From contig NIVC01000019.1 in NCBI GenBank assembly GCA_002269645.1, positions 496,001 through 560,000 on the forward strand: 64,000 nt of DNA. Direction: 5' to 3'. The position numbers and the translations under genes were made by a program. Below the pieces are notes generated by a model. The model did no database searches. It was not told the origin of the DNA and worked only from the letters and a program-made list of their open reading frames with translations. This document shows, in pieces, positions 34,890 to 55,836 of this stretch (the stretch's first letter is position 1; each line of letters begins with the position of its first letter). This stretch comes from Macrostomum lignano. Taxonomy: Eukaryota.

Positions 34890-36671
34890 ATGGCGGCAGC
34901 GGCAGCCCCCAGCGGCTACGAATCGGTCCTGTGCGTGAAGCCGGACGTTAAAGTCTACCGGCTGCCGCCCCGACAGTCCAACCGGGCCGTCCGCGCCGCT
35001 GACTGGCAGCTGGAATCGCCGGACTGGTGCGGCCGGCTCCGCATTGTGGTGGTGGACAAGCGGCTCTGGCTGCGTCTTGAAGACAAGACCAGCGGCGACC
35101 TGTTCGCCAGGTGCCCGGTTGACGCCTTCCCCGGCGTGGCCATCGAGCCCGTGGCCGATTCCAGCCGCTATTTCGTCATCCGGGTGCAGGACGACAGCGG
35201 CCGGGCCGCCTTTATCGGCATCGGATTCGACGACAGAGGCGACGCGTTCGATTTCAACGTGGCCGTGCAGGATCACTTCAAGGGGCTTAAGCAGGAGGCG
35301 GAGGCTGAGCAGGTGAGAATTATCTTCTTTGCTTTCGCCATCTTTAGTCTAGCTCTTCCGTCTGTCTCAATCTCAGCCTCGCTCTCAATCTCAGCCTCAA
35401 ACTCTCAATCTCACCCTCTCACTCTTAATCTTACCCTCTCACTCTTAATCTTACCCTCTCACTCTTAATGTCAGTCTCTCACTCTCAATCTCACCCTCTT
35501 AATCTGTATCTCACCCTCTCACTCTTAATCTCAGTCTCTCACTCAATCCCAGCCTCTCACTCTCAATCTCAGTCTTTCACTCTTAATCTCAGTCTCTCAC
35601 TCTTAATCTCAGTCTCTCATTCAATCCCAGCCTCTCACTCTTAATGTCAGTCTCTCACTCTCAATCTCAGTCTCTCACTCTCAATCTCACCCTCTTAATC
35701 TGTATCTCACCCTCTCACTCTTAATCTCAGTCTCTCCCTCAATCCCAGCCTCTCACTCTCAATTTCAGTCTCTCACTCTCAATCTCACCCTCTTAATCTC
35801 AATCTCACCCTCTTAATCTGTATCTCACCCTCTCACTCTTAATCTCAGTCTCTCACTCTCAATCTCACCCTCTTAATCTTGATCTCACCCCCTCGCTCTC
35901 GTTCTCAGCCTCTCACTCTCAAACCCACCCTCTTAATCTTGATCTCATTCTCAGTCTCAATCTCACCCCTCACTCTCAATCTCACCCCTCACTCTCAATG
36001 TCTGTCTCTCACTCTCAATCTCACCCTCTTAATCTGTATCTCACCCTCTCACTCTTAATCTCAGTCTGTCACTCTCAAACTCACCCTCTTAATCTTGATC
36101 TCATTCTCACTCTCAATCTCACCCCTCACTCTCAATCTCACCCCTCACTCTCAATGTCAGTCTCTCACTCTCAATCTCACCCTCTTAATCTGTATCTCAC
36201 CCCTCACTCTCAATCTCACCCTATCACTATTGCTCTAACCCCCTAAATCTTAATCTCACCCTCTCACACTCCACTGTCGATCTCATATTCCATTCTCTGT
36301 ATCTAACAAACCCATTAATCTCATCTCATCGGTGGATATTCTAATCTCAACCATTCTTCTATCCTTCATGAATATTCACCCAGGCCGCCAAAGAGATGGC
36401 CGAAGGTCCCAAGCTGGATCTCAGCCTGAAGGAGGGCCAGACGTTTCGCATCGCCATCAACACCGGCCGGGGCGGCGGCGAGTCGGGCAGCGGCGGCTCC
36501 CGCTCCCGGCCAAAGCCGGCCGGAGGCGGTGCTGGCGGCATTTTGCTGCCCCCGCCGCCGGCCCCTGGATCCAGGCACGGCCAGGTGAAACCGTCGACCA
36601 ATTCCGACCAGGTTGGACTGGCTAAACAGCAGGGCGGCGGCGGCGGTCTCGGGTGGGACACATTCCAGTAG
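34890..36671 (+). CDS. NECAP: Adaptin ear-binding coat-associated protein; exons 34890..35312, 36384..36671
   Basis: PHear/DUF1681 domain [55 protein letters not shown], then [17 protein letters not shown] and terminal GWDTFQ. Phase-0 GT/AG at 35313/36383. Confidence 0.93.
35375..36270. repeat. TC-rich compound minisatellite (CTCTCACTCTCAATCTCACC-type), NECAP intron
   Basis: Direct reading. Confidence 0.9.
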
Positions 36672-37439
36672 GGTTGCCTTCGAGTTTCTCCCCTGCAAAT
36701 TCCCCATCCGGCCCGCCCCAATCAGTTCGATTAAATTAATAACTTTACAATTATATGGATAACTATTGTTGCCAAAAATCAACTGACAATAATTAAATTT
36801 CTAATTTGTATCGGATGGCCACGACTAATTAGCTGACGAGGCGTTTAATTTTACTCCCGCCTTTTACTTGGATTATTACAAAGATTTCGCGGACATCCTG
36901 GTTAAGTGAATTAGTGAACAGCTAACAATTAATCTGTTTTGCATAATTATGTTTCATATTATGGCAATTATTATGATTATTTTCTGATTCTGTCGCTCGT
37001 GTACTTTCAATTATTATTATTTGACAAAATTCACAAACTACTGACAGTAATCAATTGTTTCTAACGGTAGAATTTGGATTCGCAATTGCCGTCATATCAG
37101 GCCGGCAAGTTGATTTCTTTGAAACATGAAAATCTTATTATTCTAATTGTAATATAAATAAGCACTATTGTAGACTTTCTCCGCTCCTCTGGCCCTCGTC
37201 ACGTGCCTAGGTGTTTTGTCATATTCAAAATTATTAATTTTTCTGCACCGCTGCTGTGCAAGTTTAGCTAATTTAGTAATAGATTGAAAATACTGTTGTG
37301 AGAAATATATGTTTATTTATTTATTACCCGATGACTGTGCATGCGCTTAAACGCAAACTGAACTTGCCTTAATTTCTTTTGTTTGAACTCTTCTGTAGCT
37401 TTGTGGTAACCCAAAACACTGCATTATTACCGTTTCTCT

Positions 37440-38050
37440 CCCTTGCCTCACCCTCCGCTTCTCTCCCTCTCACCCTCCGCTTATCTCCCTTCCCTCTTAC
37501 CCTCCGCTTCTCTCCCTTTCCTCTTACCCTTCGCTTCTCTCCCTTTCCTCTTACCCTCCGCTTCTCTCCCTTTCCTCTTACCCTCCGCTTCTCTCCCTTC
37601 CCTCTTACCCTCCGCTTCTCTCCCTTTCCTCTTACTCTCCGCTTCTCTCCCTTTCCTCTTACCCTCCGCTTCTCTCCCTTTCCTCTTACCCTTCGCTTCT
37701 CTCCCTTTCCTCTTACCCTCCGCTTCTCTCCCTTTCCTCTTACCCTCCGCTTCTCTCCCTTTCCTCTTACCCTCCGCTTCTCTCCCTTCCCTCTTACCCT
37801 CCGCTTCTCTCCCTCTCTCCCTCCGCTTCTCTCCCTCTCACCTTCCGCTTATCTCCCTTTCCTCTTACCCTCCGCTTCTCTCCCTCTTACCCTCCGCTTC
37901 CCTTCCCTCTCACCCTCCGCTTCTCTCCCTTCCCTCTTACCCTCCGCTTCTCTCCCTCTTACCCTCCGCTTCCCTTCCCTCTCACCCTCCGCTTCTCTCC
38001 CTCTCACCCTCCGCTTCCCTTTCCTCTCACCCTCCTCTCCTCTCCCTTTC
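37440..38050. repeat. 27-bp polypyrimidine minisatellite (CCCTCCGCTTCTCTCCCTTTCCTCTTA)n
   Basis: Direct reading; ends at a CTGCAG acceptor-like site (38059). Confidence 0.92.
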
Positions 38051-38143
38051 CTTCTGCAGCATTTCCGCACAATCTATAGGAGACTCGTTTCAAATTCCAT
38101 CCTCGCTACTATTCAGTAGGCGATTTCGTATCGTCATAACTTA

Positions 38144-46148
<8,005 letters not shown>

Positions 46149-46429
46149 GAATTAGCTGACAAGCTGCTTTTCTTAGTCACCACATTGCATGAAATTGCGA
46201 CTAAAATAAACTTGCTATACTACTTCTTCTGATTGTAGCAGTGAGTAGTGCGAGAAGCGAGCGTGTGTTTTTTAATCTGTTGTATTGCTTCTAACCTGTC
46301 CAAGAGTTTAAGTTTCAAATCAATAACTAATGGATTGCTAATTTATCAGCATGATGGTTTAGACAATTCCGCACCTAAAGGTCACGGGTTCGATTCGGTG
46401 CGCGGCCGATATTAACTTGGGACCCAGTG

Positions 46430-46712
46430 CACGAATTTTTTTGCCTTGGGCTTTGTGCAACCGACAGCTCAGCCGCAGCCATTGCGCGGCGCATCTGAAG
46501 GCTGCGTACGGCTGTTCAGTCCAAGGGCTGGGGGGTCGCCACACACACCCTCAGTTACCCCAGCTAATGCTGGCACCCATTTTACAGCTGGGTGAACTGA
46601 AGCAATGCAGAGTCAAGTGTCTTGCTCAAGGGCACAAATTGTTCCAGCGGGATCGGGAATCGAACCCCCGACCTTCAAGTCGTGAGTCCGACGCTCTAAC
46701 CACTAGGCTACA
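46430..46712 (-). mobile_element. tRNA-derived SINE with CORE-like central segment
   Basis: Minus strand GTAGCCTAGTGGTTAGAGCG (A box) .. GGTTCGATTCC (B box) followed by GTGCCCTTGAGCAAGACACTT..CACCCAGCTGTAAATGGGT. Confidence 0.75.
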
Positions 46713-47204
46713 ACAACTCACACCTGACAATGAGACTGGGTGTGACAATGAGAAAGTTGCAGGGGTCGCTGTACACCGTGAGAACTGGTGCCTCTGTACA
46801 TGTGAGTGCAGTGAAATGGACACGACTGCTTGTCCTGACCAGATTAGCAATCCATTGTCTAAGTAATGATAGTTCTTTTTAAGTGTGCAGCTCTAAATGC
46901 AAACTTGTGTCACCTACGAGTATAGTTAAAAACTAATAGACGACCATGAGTAGTGCTCATTTTGATGGCATTTTTCGGACACCGCGCCAGCGACTGATAA
47001 TGCAGCAGAAGAGAGAAAATAATTGATTAAATGATTGATTTTCGCTGACTTGGAATTGGAAATTGGATTGGATTGAAAATGAATGGTGAATTTTTATATC
47101 GGATTTCTTTTGTCATATTTTAACCTCTAGTACATGTGGACTATTTATGTAATTATGTAAATTAAATTTTGAAGCTGGGATGGTTCGGGCATAGACTAAA
47201 TCTG

Positions 47205-47780
47205 TGATAGTTTGGCCATAGACTATAAATCTGTGATAGTTTGGCTTTGGCCATAGACTATAAATCTGTGATAGTTTGGCTTTGGCCATAGACTATAAAT
47301 CTGTGATAGTTTGGCTTTGGCCATAGACTATAAATCTGTGATAGTTTGGCTTTGGCCATAGACTATAAATCTGTGATAGTTTGGCTTTGGCTATAGACTA
47401 TAAATCTGTGATAGTTTGGCTTTGGCCATAGACTATAAATCTGTGATAGTTTGGCTTTGGCCATAGACTATAAATCTGTGATAGTTTGGCTTTGGCCATA
47501 GACTATAAATCTGTGATAGTTTGGCTTTGGCCATAGACTATAAATCTGATAGTTTGGCTTTGGCCATAGACTATAAATCTGTGATAGTTTGGCTTTGGCC
47601 ATAGACTATAAATCTGTGATAGTTTGGCTTTGGCCATAGACTATAAATCTGTGATAGTTTGGCTTTGGCCATAGACTATAAATCTGTGATAGTTTGGCTT
47701 TGGCCATAGACTATAAATCTGTGATAGTTTGGCTTTGGCCATAGACTTAAACCTGTGATAGTTTGGCTTTGGCCTTAGAC
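47205..47780. repeat. 35-bp minisatellite (CCATAGACTATAAATCTGTGATAGTTTGGCTTTGG)n, ~16 copies
   Basis: Period 35 (47286, 47321). Confidence 0.95.
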
Positions 47781-48601
47781 TATACATGTAGGTCTGTAAT
47801 GTTTTAGTCCATGCACCTAACTCGAGAAAATCTGATAACTTGAGAAAATAATAACATTCAATATAAGAATTTTTGATCCAATTAATAACTCAATAATCTC
47901 GTTAAGCTATACATATAGGACATAATCAGTGTGTTTTATGTCAGCAGTTCGCTTTCGCTAGCTTGCATCGCAAAATAAAAAATTATCTCGCCAATTCGTC
48001 TTTTCTCGGACCATGCAGCTCAAACCGGATCAATTATGCCCAGATTACCACAAAGCTGATTCAACCTGTGAAACAAAAAATTCCATTTAAGAAAACTTAC
48101 GATTTGCTTTTAAGCACTTTTACGCAAATTTGGGTACGAGCGTATATGCATGTTACTTAGAATTAGGACAATTAAGATTAGGCAGTTTAAACTTGCCCTT
48201 ATGCACAAATGATAAACAAATCAAATAAACAAATGCTGTTACAGTATCAACTTCATTGGGCTTGTTAACCTGTAGTTAGACATATCGTTTTTTCCGTTTT
48301 CATTAAAATTACTATTTCAATCAATAAATTTCGCAAACGCTACTTTAATTACTATAATTGGTTAGAAACGCTTTACTACTATATAATAAAGCACTTTCTT
48401 GCATTATACAAACAGCTGTCTCAGTGCTACGTGTGCTGCAGGGCTGATTAATAAACAAGTTTTGCTGAATCGCCGATGCAAGCTATAGCTGCGATATAAC
48501 AGAGTGAGTGAGTCCGAGATGGAGACACTAGCTCAATGGGCCACCGCTCCCCAATTTTAACCTTTTTAGGGACAAACGATCGTAATAGCAACAAATTGAT
48601 A

Positions 48602-49075
48602 TCCCTAACCTAACCCTGCCCTAACCCTACCCGAACCCTTACCCTAATCTTAACCTATCCCTACCCTAACTCTGCTTTAATCTCAACCTAATCCTACCCT
48701 TATCTCAACCTAACCCTACCCTAACTCTACCCTAACCTACCCTACCCTAACCAAAACCTAATCCTACCCTAATTCTACCCTAACCTCAATCTAACCCTAC
48801 TCTAACTCTACTCTAAACCTCAATCCAACCCTACCCTAACTCTTACCCTAACCTCAAAATAACCCTTACCCTAAATCTACCATAACCCCAACCTAACCCT
48901 ACCCTAACCCCAACCTAACCCTATACCCTAACCCCAACCTAACCCTACCCTAACCCCAACCTAACCCTATACCCTAACCCCAACCTAACCCTATACCCTA
49001 ACCCCAACCTAACCCTACCCTAACCCCAACCTAACCCTAACCCTAACCCTAACCCTAACCCTAACCCTAACCCTG
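48602..49075. repeat. Interstitial telomere-like (CCCTAA)n and variants, block 1
   Basis: Degenerate CCCTAA/CCTAA units grading to ~7 perfect CCCTAA copies near 49030-49074. Confidence 0.85.
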
Positions 49076-49737
49076 ACTTAAAGCCCCAAAGTTTTTTTTC
49101 TGAAACTAAATAAATTACTTTGACCAGTAAATTATACTTCTTTAGGCCCCGACTAATAGTTCGGACATTTAAAAGCACATTTAAGAGCACATATTTAGAA
49201 AATATTTTCTTTAGATTTTTGTAAAAAACGGATACGACATTTGCATGCGCAAATGGAGCTACTTATATAGTAGTCCAAATAGCATGTCTGTAATAAATAG
49301 CATGTCTGTAACATGTTATTTAATATTTTATTTAATTTAGTTAGTTTAGTTTAGTTAGTTTAGTTAGTTAGATTATTTAGTTTAATTTATTATTTAGTTA
49401 TTTAATAGCATGTCTGTAGCGTATATAAACTCAAGCAAACATAAAAATTAAAAAACTTATCGTTTGATTATAGACACCTTACTGACATCCTTAAAATGTG
49501 AAAGCACCACATTTAAAGCGCTTTAGTAAGAAAAGAAACAAAATAAAAAGAAGAAATCTCAGTTAAAATTTTTTTTCAAAATACATATATTCTTATGGCG
49601 AGGGGCTTCTCGCACTTTGCGAGGGGCTCATGGCACCTTGGGAGGGGCTTTTCGCGGGAGGGGCGAGAAGCCCCTCGTGGAGCGAAAAGCCCCTCAGCCC
49701 CTCACGACTCTAACCCGCCCTGAGCCCCTCAAAGGAC

Positions 49738-49891
49738 AACCCTACCCTAACCCCAACCTAACCCTATACCCTAACCCCAACCTAACCCTATACCCTAACC
49801 CCAACCTAACCCTACCCTAACCCCAACCTAACCCTATACCCTAACCCCAACCTAACCCTACCCTAACCCCAACCTAACCCTACCCTAACCT
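49738..49891. repeat. Interstitial telomere-like variant repeat, block 2
   Basis: Same CCCTAACCCCAACCTAACCCTA(TA)C higher-order unit as 48890-49030. Confidence 0.85.
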
Positions 49892-50158
49892 AAGTTGGTC
49901 GCAGTCAAAGTTCAACCTAACCTAAGTAAGTTTAAACTTAAATTTTCAAAATCAAGATTATATTTGGCACCGACAAACACCCTTTTAATGGCTACCATAG
50001 CAACAGGCACAGGTTCATTGACCTACATGATATATCGCAGGCATAAGCAACTCGCTACTATTATTATACTTAACTTAACCTATAGACACGTACTAAGCCT
50101 AAGGTTCAAGAAAAAGTCCTTAAATTGAAAATGCGAGGCAGGCAGTCGCCAACCGATC

Positions 50159-50449
50159 CTAGCGGTCAGCCCGCGTCAAATCCATGTTGCTCTTTGCCAT
50201 CTCGTCGCGCCTTATCGACAGACTCGGCCAGATTTTCTGCACCTCGCCGCCGCACCGAAAGCAGATCCGGTCGGGCGGCACTTCCGGTAGAAAATCGCTG
50301 CGCGCCTCGTGGAGTCTGGAGTGGATGAGGATCACCAGGAAGAGGGACAGGAGCAGCAGGATCACGTGGCAGACGGCCTGCATCGCTCCCAGGGCCATCG
50401 AGTTGAGCACGGCGTACATTTTCTTGATGACGACGGTTTTTGTACTCAT
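50159..50449 (-). CDS. Small putative membrane protein (96 aa)
   Basis: ATG-started GC-rich ORF with hydrophobic VCHVILLLLSLFLVILIH; no recognised family. Confidence 0.4.
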   Translation of the reverse strand: MSTKTVVIKKMYAVLNSMALGAMQAVCHVILLLLSLFLVILIHSRLHEARSDFLPEVPPDRICFRCGGEVQKIWPSLSIRRDEMAKSNMDLTRADR

Positions 50450-50635
50450 CTGAGCTCGCTACGAGTACTCATTGCTGCTTCCAGTCGGGAAGATTTCAGT
50501 ACTTTTGCCAACTATTCTGATAGATACGTATTGATTAAAGCCATAAACTAGCGAAGCTTTCTATTCTTGATTCACGGGACAACGTTTGCCCCCGCGAATC
50601 CGTGGTTTTGCTGCACACTGCACACAACTTGCAGG

Positions 50636-51088
<453 letters not shown>

Positions 51089-52136
51089 TACGCACACGGA
51101 ATTCGAACCTGTGAATTGTTTTGTGCGAGGCTTCTCACGCGTGAACAGGCCAGCTCCCTGCACCTTGTTGGTAAAGCCAGGGCATTTAACGGTGTCACCG
51201 AAGGCTTTACGCCAGGGTGACCACAGCCCTCCTGCGAGCTTTTTTGCTTTGTTTTTAGATCGCAGAATCAGGCATCGAGTGCCTGAGTTGTCTGCTTCTT
51301 CAGTTTATTTCCCCACCAAGCCAGCAGCGACAATCCGCATGTACAGTAAAGCGAGAATAAGCTTCGTCACAGAGATAAATACTGTTTCAGAGCGGTCAGC
51401 GAGGCTTCACATCGCTGTTTCGCAGACCTACAGGATCCTGCATTTCGAGCTTTCTTCGTCAAGACTCTCTGAGGAACGCGGCTTTTTGCCCGACTCATTT
51501 GCCGGCGCCGCCACGGCTGCAGCTGCGAAGGAGGCGGTTCGGATGACTAAATGAATGACAATTTTATGGCAGTAGTAATATTGCAGGCTAGACTGCTGAA
51601 GCATCTCTCACCTGCCATAGCCAAGATGAGCATCGTGGCTAATAGGGCTTGTGTTTGCTTGATGTTCAGCATGGTTGCTCTTTCTTGGGTTTGCTGGCTT
51701 CAGTTGAGCTGAGTTTGAGTGGCAATTCGTCAAGCTCCAAAACTTTTCGATTCGATCTGTCACTTTATGTACTTCATTAAAGCTTGTTCGCAATGCCAGC
51801 TGCTTTGATAAGCAGACGTCAAAGGTAAAATCCAGCTGGTTTTGCAGGGCCCTTGGAGCCTGAAGTCAGAGTTTATGTTCGTTGTTAGTTAAGCCGTAAA
51901 TTCGGATCCTCGTGCCAGTTTCTGTACAGAAGCAGAATTGTCAATGGACTGCAGCTGCCTCGTACATTTGGTCTCGTAAATTTTTTAGGTCAATAAAATA
52001 ACTTTGCTAGCAGGTGGCTAGCAGATCTTTCCATTATAGCATGTACTATAGAGCTTAGAAACTTCACAATGTTTATGAACGAGTTACATGTATATGCTTT
52101 GGGCCATTGACTATGAAATGTCAATCTTGTATTAAA

Positions 52137-52255
52137 GCAGGGATCGGCCACTCCGGCCCGCGGGCCACAGAGCCTTTCTATCAGCCTTCGGGGGTCCTTT
52201 GAAATTTTACAATAGGAATCCGACCGACCAGCTCAAGGTTTGCCTCTTTGACGAG
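52137..52255 (+). mobile_element. hAT-like MITE head directly followed by (AGTC)n
   Basis: CAGGGATCGGCCACTCCGGCCCGCGGGCC terminus; internal segment homologous to 2280-2345. Confidence 0.55.
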
Positions 52256-52780
52256 CCAGTCAGTCAGTCAGTCAGTCAGTCAGTCAGTCAGTCAGTCAGT
52301 CAGTCAGTCAGTCAGTCAGTCAGTCAGTCAGTCAGTCAGTCAGTCAGTCAGTCAGTCAGTCAGTCAGTCAGTCAGTCAGTCAGTCAGTCAGTCAGTCAGT
52401 CAGTCAGTCAGTCAGTCAGTCAGTCAGTCAGTCAGTCAGTCAGTCAGTCAGTCAGTCAGTCAGTCAGTCAGTCAGTCAGTCAGTCAGTCAGTCAGTCAGT
52501 CAGTCAGTCAGTCAGTCAGTCAGTCAGTCAGTCAGTCAGTCAGTCAGTCAGTCAGTCAGTCAGTCAGTCAGTCAGTCAGTCAGTCAGTCAGTCAGTCAGT
52601 CAGTCAGTCAGTCAGTCAGTCAGTCAGTCAGTCAGTCAGTCAGTCAGTCAGTCAGTCAGTCAGTCAGTCAGTCAGTCAGTCAGTCAGTCAGTCAGTCAGT
52701 CAGTCAGTCAGTCAGTCAGTCAGTCAGTCAGTCAGTCAGTCAGTCAGTCAGTCAGTCAGTCAGTCAGTCAGTCAGTCAGT
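52256..52780. repeat. Perfect (AGTC)n microsatellite, ~130 units
   Basis: Direct reading. Confidence 0.97.
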
Positions 52781-53025
52781 CATCAAAATAAATTAATAAA
52801 AAGGTCAAAGCTACAAGCAAGATTTTGATTCTTCGTAGTCTTTGACTGAAAGACTAATATTTTGTAATTAAACTATACTATTTTTGAGATTTATTTAATA
52901 CGCTTGAAACATTACAGCGACAACTAAATTTACAGGTGTGAACTCGCTACTCTAAGTAGCATTCGGTGCTTGAACTCAACTACTGTCAGACAAGTTAAAA
53001 GCAACTTAGTTTACAGTAGGGAAGG

Positions 53026-55836
53026 TCATGCCGGCTTCCCGCCTCCCGCACCGCCGCCGGGAACTGCTTCATCAAAGGCCAGCAGGGCCCGGTGCTGGGC
53101 CAGCAGCGACTGCGCCTGGCGCAAAGTCGGCATGTCGATCATCTGGCCGTCGAATACGAAGGCGCCGGCGCCTGCAGACGAGTGGCGCTCGAACTCCTCG
53201 CAGAGTCGCTCGGCCCAGGCGACTCGAGAGGTCACGGGGGAGAAGGCGGCGTGGCACGGTTCGAGCTGCGACGGGTGGATTATCTGCAACAGGTGGGGTG
53301 GATTATCTGCAACAGATGGGGTGGATTATCTGCAACAGATGGGGTGGATTATCTGCAACAGATGGGGTGGATTATCTGCAACAGATGGGGTGGATTATCT
53401 GCAACAGATGGGGTGGATTATCTGCAACAGATGGGGTGGATTATCTGCAACAGATGGGGTGGATTATCTGCAACAGATGGGGTGGATTATCTGCAACAGA
53501 TGGGGTGGATTATCTGCAACAGGTGGGGTGGATTATCTGCAACAGATAGGGTGGATTATCTGCAACAGGTGGGGCGGATTATCTGCAACAGATGGGGCGG
53601 ATTATCTGCAACAGGTGGGGTGGATTATCTGCAACAGATGGGGTAGATTATCTGCAACAGGTGGGGCGGATTATCTGCAACAGGTAGGGCGGATTATCTG
53701 CATCTGGAGGATCATCTTGTTGGATTAAAGCTCGTCAATAAAATTCACCTGCTTCCCAGTGAACCCCATGGCTCGACCTTCGTTGCACTGCCGCTTCAGA
53801 TGTTCAACATCTTTGATGTCGATTTCGACCATGTCGATGGCCAACAACCGGCGCGACCTCGCGGCCAGGGCGAACTGGGCCCGGGCGTGCCGGGTCTCCA
53901 GGCCGTCGCGGCTTCGCTCGACGCCAACGGAGGCGCAGAAATCGTCGGAGCCGAACACGCAGCCGACAGGGTGCAGCAGCCCGCGCTGCCTGCTGGCCGA
54001 CATCGCCGAGTCCAGAATCTGCGGCATGGCCAGCAGGGCCGCAGCCGATTCGATCATGAGGATGAGCGGCACGGCGCCGTCGGGTCCGGACGGTGGTCGG
54101 CGCCAGTGGCGCTCGAGTTGGCCGGACAGCCACGCGACATCGTCGGCGCTTTCGACCTTCGGCAGGACGAGAACGTCTGGGGGCCTGAGACGGGTTGGGA
54201 ATGAAAGACTGTGCCATTCTCATGAGTAGACTGTGCGATTCTCATGAGTAGACTGTGCGATTCTCATGAGTAGACTGTGCGATTCTCATGAGTAGACTGT
54301 GCGATTCTCATGAGTAGACTGTGCGATTCTCATGAGTAGACTGTGCCATTCTCATGAGTAGACTGTGCCATTCTCATGAGTAGACTGTGCGATTCTCATG
54401 AGTAGACTGTGCGATTCTCATGAGTAGACTGTGCGATTCTCATGAGTAGACTGTGCGATTCTCATGAGTAGACTGTGCCATTCTCATGAGTAGACTGGAT
54501 AATATTTTGACTAGATTAGGCGATCAACATTAGACACGAGAATTCGTAGGATTTTTCTCACCTGGCAGAGTCCATCACGCAACGGACGTCGTCCTCGGCC
54601 AGCTGCTCTGTCTCGGCCGGCGGGTTGACCCGGACAGCCACGGACCGGCCGCCACCGAGCAGTTCGGGCAGCCGCAGCTCCGTCAGGGCGCGCCTGGCGC
54701 CCTCCCTGTCGACAGGAAGTTTTTAAAAATAAAATTCTGTTCTAACTACTTTTCTTTCTGTAAAGTAAGTAGCAAGTAAATAAAATTAGCTGCAAATTTT
54801 GTTTCAATGGGTTAAAGATAACAATGGTGGGTGGTGGGTGCCCTGTGGGTCGGTGGATGTTCTGTGGGCTGGTGAGTGTTGTGTGGGGTGGTGGGTGTTC
54901 TGTGGGGGTGGTGGGTGTTCTGTGTGGTGGTGGGTGTTGTGTGGGGTGGTGGGTGTTCTGTGGGGTGGTGGGTGTTCTGTGGGGGTGGTGGGTGTTCTGT
55001 GGGGTGGTGGGTGTTGTGTGGGGGTGGTGGGTGTTCTGTGGGCTGGTGAGTGTTGTGTGGGGTGGTGGGTGTTCTGTGGGCTGGTGAGTGTTGTGTGGGG
55101 TGGTGGGTGTTCTGTGGGGTGGTGGGTGTTCTGTGGGGTGGTGAGTGTTGTGTGGGGTGGTGGGTGTTCTGTGGGGTGGTGGGTGTTCTGTGGGGTGGTG
55201 GGTGTTCTATGGGGTGGTGGGTGTTCTGTGGGTCGGTGGATGTTCTGTGGGGTGGTGGGTGTTCTGTTGGGTGGTGGCTGTTCTGTTGGGTAGTGGGTGT
55301 TCTGTGGGATGGTGGGTGTTCTGTGGGGTAGTGGGTTCTTGGGTTGTTAAATTGTGTACCCATTAGACTAAAATTGATCACGTGACTGACTTTGCTATCA
55401 ACGCAGCAGTAATGTACATTGCTAGCTTAGCAAATAATGCAAATAGCTAGCTTTGCACTTGTGTTGTGGAAGTGAAGATAGAGCAATAACGATTTTAGCA
55501 AGTCAAGGAAGAAAAATAAATGACAGTCAATACTACTACTTAATTGCATGCAGCATAGTAGTATACGTGTACAGTGGATGGATACTATTTAATAATCTAC
55601 CTCGCTGCAGCTTTGGCTGCAAAGGCCACGCCGTCTTCCAGGTCCAACACTGGTAGGTCTGGCAGCGGACGACGAGATGCCAACTTGCACAGCATCTTCT
55701 CTGAGCTGGCGGGCACGTACATGAAGGAGCGGGCCACCAGTGTATGGCTACCAAATTGACGAGCTACTATGTGGTACACTCTTGGCAACTGTCGCCATGG
55801 CAACAGCTGGCCTAAATGTGCAAATTGAGCTTGCAT
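53026..55836 (-). CDS. CLYBL: Citrate lyase beta-like / citramalyl-CoA lyase, mitochondrial; exons 55836..55601, 54705..54562, 54184..53749, 53283..53026
   Basis: ARSFMYVPASSEK..VLDLEDGVA | AVRVNP | LVLPKVES..LMIESA..VFGSDDF..LLAIDMV..AMGFTGKQ|IIHPSQ..GAFVFDGQMIDMP, the HpcH/HpaI aldolase-citrate lyase signature. All GT-AG junctions are phase-compatible. The Arg-rich, acid-free N-terminus suggests mitochondrial targeting; the start codon is inferred. Confidence 0.93.
53274..53704. repeat. 23-bp minisatellite (GATTATCTGCAACAGATGGGGTG)n, 19 copies including the exon junction
   Basis: Period 23 from 53278 to 53692. Confidence 0.95.
54205..54497. repeat. 22-bp minisatellite (GAGTAGACTGTGCGATTCTCAT)n, ~13 copies
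   Basis: Direct reading; CLYBL intron. Confidence 0.95.
54825..55340. repeat. GT-rich compound repeat (GTGGGGTGGTGGGTGTTCT-type)
   Basis: Direct reading; CLYBL intron. Confidence 0.9.

Noticed and set aside
48602-49891. True chromosome end
   Set aside because: Internal position with genes on both sides, short mostly variant repeats, and the wrong degeneracy gradient.
51250-51555. Coding-like segment with FRAFFVKTL*GTRLFARLI (vaguely dDENN-like)
   Set aside because: Internal stops and only superficial similarity; cannot be supported without a search.
51600-51985. Possible LINE ORF1 remnant on the minus strand (RIRIYGL)
   Set aside because: Single short motif in a stop-ridden region.
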